Notes under the pieces: model-generated | What the model saw: only the letters and a program-made list of their open reading frames with translations | Database searches by the model: none | Told to the model about the DNA's origin: nothing | In this document: in pieces, positions 60,347 through 64,000 of the stretch | How positions within the stretch are numbered: the first letter of the stretch is position 1 | Layout of the letters: every line of letters starts with the position of its first letter | Origin: Orbicella franksi | Lineage: Eukaryota | Reading direction: 5' to 3' | Assembly: GCA_964199315.1 (NCBI GenBank) | Contig: OZ116702.1 | Location: 10,726,001-10,790,000 of the forward strand | Length of the DNA stretch: 64,000 nucleotides | Made by a program: the position numbers and the translations under genes

Positions 60347-63300
60347 TAGTATTTTTTATTTTACTTCAAATACATGCACAAGGTTGTTGTTGTTACAAAT
60401 GTTTTTCTTTGTCTTCAACAAACGATTCTCTTCCAGGTCCACTGCCCTGGGTGCTTTTTAAAATCATTACATTATAAAATGATAAACTCTCTTCATCTAC
60501 ATCTACATATTCATCAGGAATATGAAAACAGCTGTAACATACAAAAGTTAAAATTAAGCAAATACACATTATATATTTACCTGCACAAGCTGCCCCAGCT
60601 CCTCGCCAGTCTCCAAATCATTGCCAAGACGGACATAACGCACAATCTTGTGGCTGTGTGCGAAGTGGGTATCAAGAGCAGTTTTCCCTTCCCCAGCTTC
60701 AAAGTTGTTGTATTCCAAAAGATTCAGGTTGAATACCTCGTTCACCTCACAAAGGTAGGCCAGAACAGCAGTATTGTGGTAATGGGGACCATTGTCTGTA
60801 GATAGAAGACAAGTAAGAGAAACATGAAGAAGTCAGCATAGAAATATTCATATTATCTTGAACAAGTGACCTCTAGAGAATTTTCATATCCCCAACCTTA
60901 TTTGACATATACAGTAATCATGTTGTGAGATCCCTTCAAGACCAAGAATTTACATTGTGATTCCCCCTAAATCTGCTCTTCAGTGTAAAAACTTGGCCTG
61001 TTACTTATAACATTTACCTTTATGAAGCGAGGAGAGCTACAAGTAAGATGAGAATCCAAATTCTCCTTGGTGCTTTTCATACATTCTCTTAAATTCAATG
61101 TGATTTTTGAAAAAATGAGGGATGTAAACAATGTCACCAACCACAGTTTGTGTTAAAAGAGTTTGCATTGAGCATATGTTGACAAAGGAGGATAAAATAG
61201 TCCTGAACAACTAGCAGCAAGTGTAGTCACTTACTGTTATAAATAGGTACAACAATAACTTGCATATTGAAAGTGTGTGTCCTTAATCATGATAGCACCC
61301 CAGAAATTAAGCCCTCCTTGGCAAATGATCACCCCTTTCCCCACTTTTCTACACAGTGCCTATGTTTCAACTAAATTTATACTAGCAGAGTATGAGGACA
61401 AGAAAGTATAAAATCTTAGGCAAGCAGTATCAAATTTATGCAAAATAAAAACATCACAGATACGTCGAGCATCATTGAATAAACAGTCCTATTTCCATCA
61501 TGAAAATAAGCCTGTCCACATTTGAATAAGGATGATCAATTAATGACACCTGGGTTAATTATGTTTGGAAATTATGATTTTTGTAAACAGTAGCCTGGAT
61601 AAGAAGTGATAAGAGCATGTTTATGAATTAAAAGTAAACTTTCATACCAGAAAAGAGGTACACAGCAAAGCCCGGAAAGGTTCTTTCTAGCCAGGTAAAG
61701 CACACATCCAATGCACTCTGGGTAAAAAAGGCATCCTGTTTGGTGTCCTCTGACCACAAGTCAAAAACTTTACTGCTCTTCTCATTATCTGAGACTTTTG
61801 CAATTACGTAACATCCATGCAAAGAAATACCTCTCTTCCCATACCAGTCCCTCTGGATTTCTCTGCTTCGCTTTCCTAGTTCAAGTTTCATTTTGTAATC
61901 AATTATCATGACACACTCTCCAGGCTTCAAATTCTTCAAAACAAACTGGTAGTAGTCACCCTGATGTTTTGTTCGTAGTAAATGTGACAAATAGTCATAA
62001 TGTACTCCATACAGCTCTGTTAACCTTGGCTTCAGCTCTGTTTTGCTAGCATCTGGAAGCATTTCAATCTCTCTTAATAGAGAGCTGTACATAGTACAGA
62101 GGGGAGAAATATCTGCACACATTGCTTTATGGTCTTCTGAGCAGGCATCAAATGCATATGACATGCACAGTTCAAGACAGGGTGAATGTTTTTGTGCCAG
62201 TTTCGAAAACTTGGTTTTCAAAAATTTCTGATAAATACGCACATCTTTTATCATGGATGATGCGTTCAGAACTGGACACATTGAAGATACCTCGTCAATA
62301 AGTGAACACAGTTCATCAAAATTACTGTGGCCAAAATCGTCACAAAGGTTACACAAACCTGCCAGCATCGTGTCCATACGGAAATTGGTGGGCAGGTGGG
62401 TGTAAATATATGTCCTCTTGACTCCATTGGGGAATTCCAGGAGGTACTGGTCTACAAGTCCCTTGATTGTATCTTGCCAGTACCTGACTGCTGTCTCCTC
62501 ACCCTCCACCATAACACTACGGCATGACGATGCCCGTGAAACATCATCTCGATAGAGAAATCCAGTTAATTCCTCAAGTACTTGCACACTGACACATTGG
62601 CGGGTGAACTTGTACTTGTCTGATGGAACACCTCCACGACCAAAAAGTATGCAATGCACCTTTGCTGCTGTTATGGTTTTTGAGGAACACTGGAAATATC
62701 GCTGCAAGGTGGAATAGGAAAAGTCCATGGCAACAATTGACAGAAGCCGTCTTTTCTCATCAGGATAGCTTCGAATCCTGCCTAGATCTTGTGCTGCCTC
62801 AACATGGGACTTGAAGATGTCTGGGGTCATGCCACTGAAAGAGATTCTACTGCCTTTCAAACTGCCCCCAATCAGTACTCTCTGCTTCTGTTTAGCAGAA
62901 TTCAAACGGATAGCTTTGTTTTCAGCTCTGTCTTTGCAACTGCGATATTCAGCTGCGAGTTTACGCAGGAAAAAATCATGTGTCAGGCTTTGTCTGGCAA
63001 ACTTCACCAAATGTTCCCTTCCACTTTCCACTGAGGACCAAATCGCTGATAAAGTGAGGAATGTCCTCACTCTTGAAGTGAACAAATTTATTAGCAGAAT
63101 CTGCCAGAAGATCAATCGTTTTAGCCCTCATTACTTGCTGAGTTCTTTTTTCAGCATTCTTGTAAGGCCTCAGCGGTAGATCTGGAACCTGGACTTGCTT
63201 GGATTCTGAAGGCACCATACAAGAACTTGGATTGTCAATGCTGTCGTCAAATGATGGAATGTCAACAATGAAATCGTCAAAATTATTTCCCGGGGCAGAA

Positions 63301-64000
63301 TCATCAAGGCAAACAGTTGGACTGGCTCTTTCTTCCTAAACAGAACCAACAAGGAGAAAATTAATTTCTCGCTATTTCATTTATTGCAGACTGCTAAGCT
63401 TAATGTAACGTATGCTCAAAATTACTTCAAAATATTTCGACTTCATCGTTCAGTAATGTGCAATGATTCGCTTACCTCTAACTTGCTACACTTTTTTTCC
63501 AGCACAATTTTTCCTCGGCATGCCAGGCAGATTTTCCTCTTCCTATTTTTGTTTTTAGCAGAGTCGTAGTCGCAGAAGCGAACTTCATCTGGAGCCACAA
63601 CACGCAAACTGTCCGGAGAAATATCTCCGTGATGCCACGTGTCGTGTTTGACACACGCACATTTACCAACAAACACCATTCGCAGACAAAACGACAGCCA
63701 GAAGAAGAAACGAAATAAAGAATGAAAACTATATACACTATTTATGCTATATTCAATATCTACACTATTTACAATATCGACAAGCGAGATTTTTTGAGAG
63801 AAAGCCGTGGATATCATCGATCAAAGATGGCGGTCTAGTTGAACTGACTTCGGTAACTTCCGAAAACCTAACTTCCGCACATTCCAATCTTTCGAAACTT
63901 CACCGACTAGTAGAACAATAGATTCTATACCATAAAAGGAAGATACTTCGGCTAAAATCGACAGTCTTCGTTAGAAAATCGGGGAAATAAAGCTTTGAGC

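Larger units (their letters stand above)
57890..63679 (-). pseudogene. Sola-like (probably Sola3-type) DDD transposase fused to a repeat linker and papain-like protease; exons 63679-63476, 63335-61648, 60795-60581, 59627-57890; two frameshifts
   Basis: All three introns are GT-AG and in phase. Catalytic-type motifs IIDYKMK...REIQRDWYGKRGISLHG, FS-D-NGPHYHN (Asp codon split by an intron) and EAGEGKTALDTHF. C-terminal KGFGLK...FSLAQK...ADPKAV...MR helical domain, then 17-aa repeats and a Q-x11-C ... DSH protease domain. Frameshifts near 62985 and 59040. Confidence 0.75.

Overview
Eukaryotic, AT-rich genomic DNA with spliced genes. The repeat families (Nin-domain and V-domain SINEs, Kolobok/KolX, palindromic MITEs) suggest a cnidarian, probably a stony coral; this is inference. 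I found no intact host gene, tRNA/rRNA gene or CRISPR array. The window is a stack of nested, mostly decayed transposons. In order: a BEL/Pao 5' end, a spliced tyrosine-recombinase relic, and a Penelope split by a Kolobok with both ends (TTAA TSD). Next comes a PIF1-helicase multi-gene module interrupted by a Penelope that itself holds a piggyBac, followed by a LINE ORF1, a second piggyBac and a DIRS relic. A second Kolobok carries a CRE LINE. Two Harbingers follow: one is full-length and holds a gag-protease-only Gypsy element, the other is split by an RTE LINE. The most unusual feature is at the right end (about 55.3-64 kb). A four-exon Sola-like DDD transposase gene ends in a 17-aa Q/P-rich repeat linker and a predicted papain-like protease with the motif layout of herpesvirus tegument deubiquitinases. 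It faces an apparently intact three-exon orphan gene. All family calls come from motifs recognised by eye; no searches were run.
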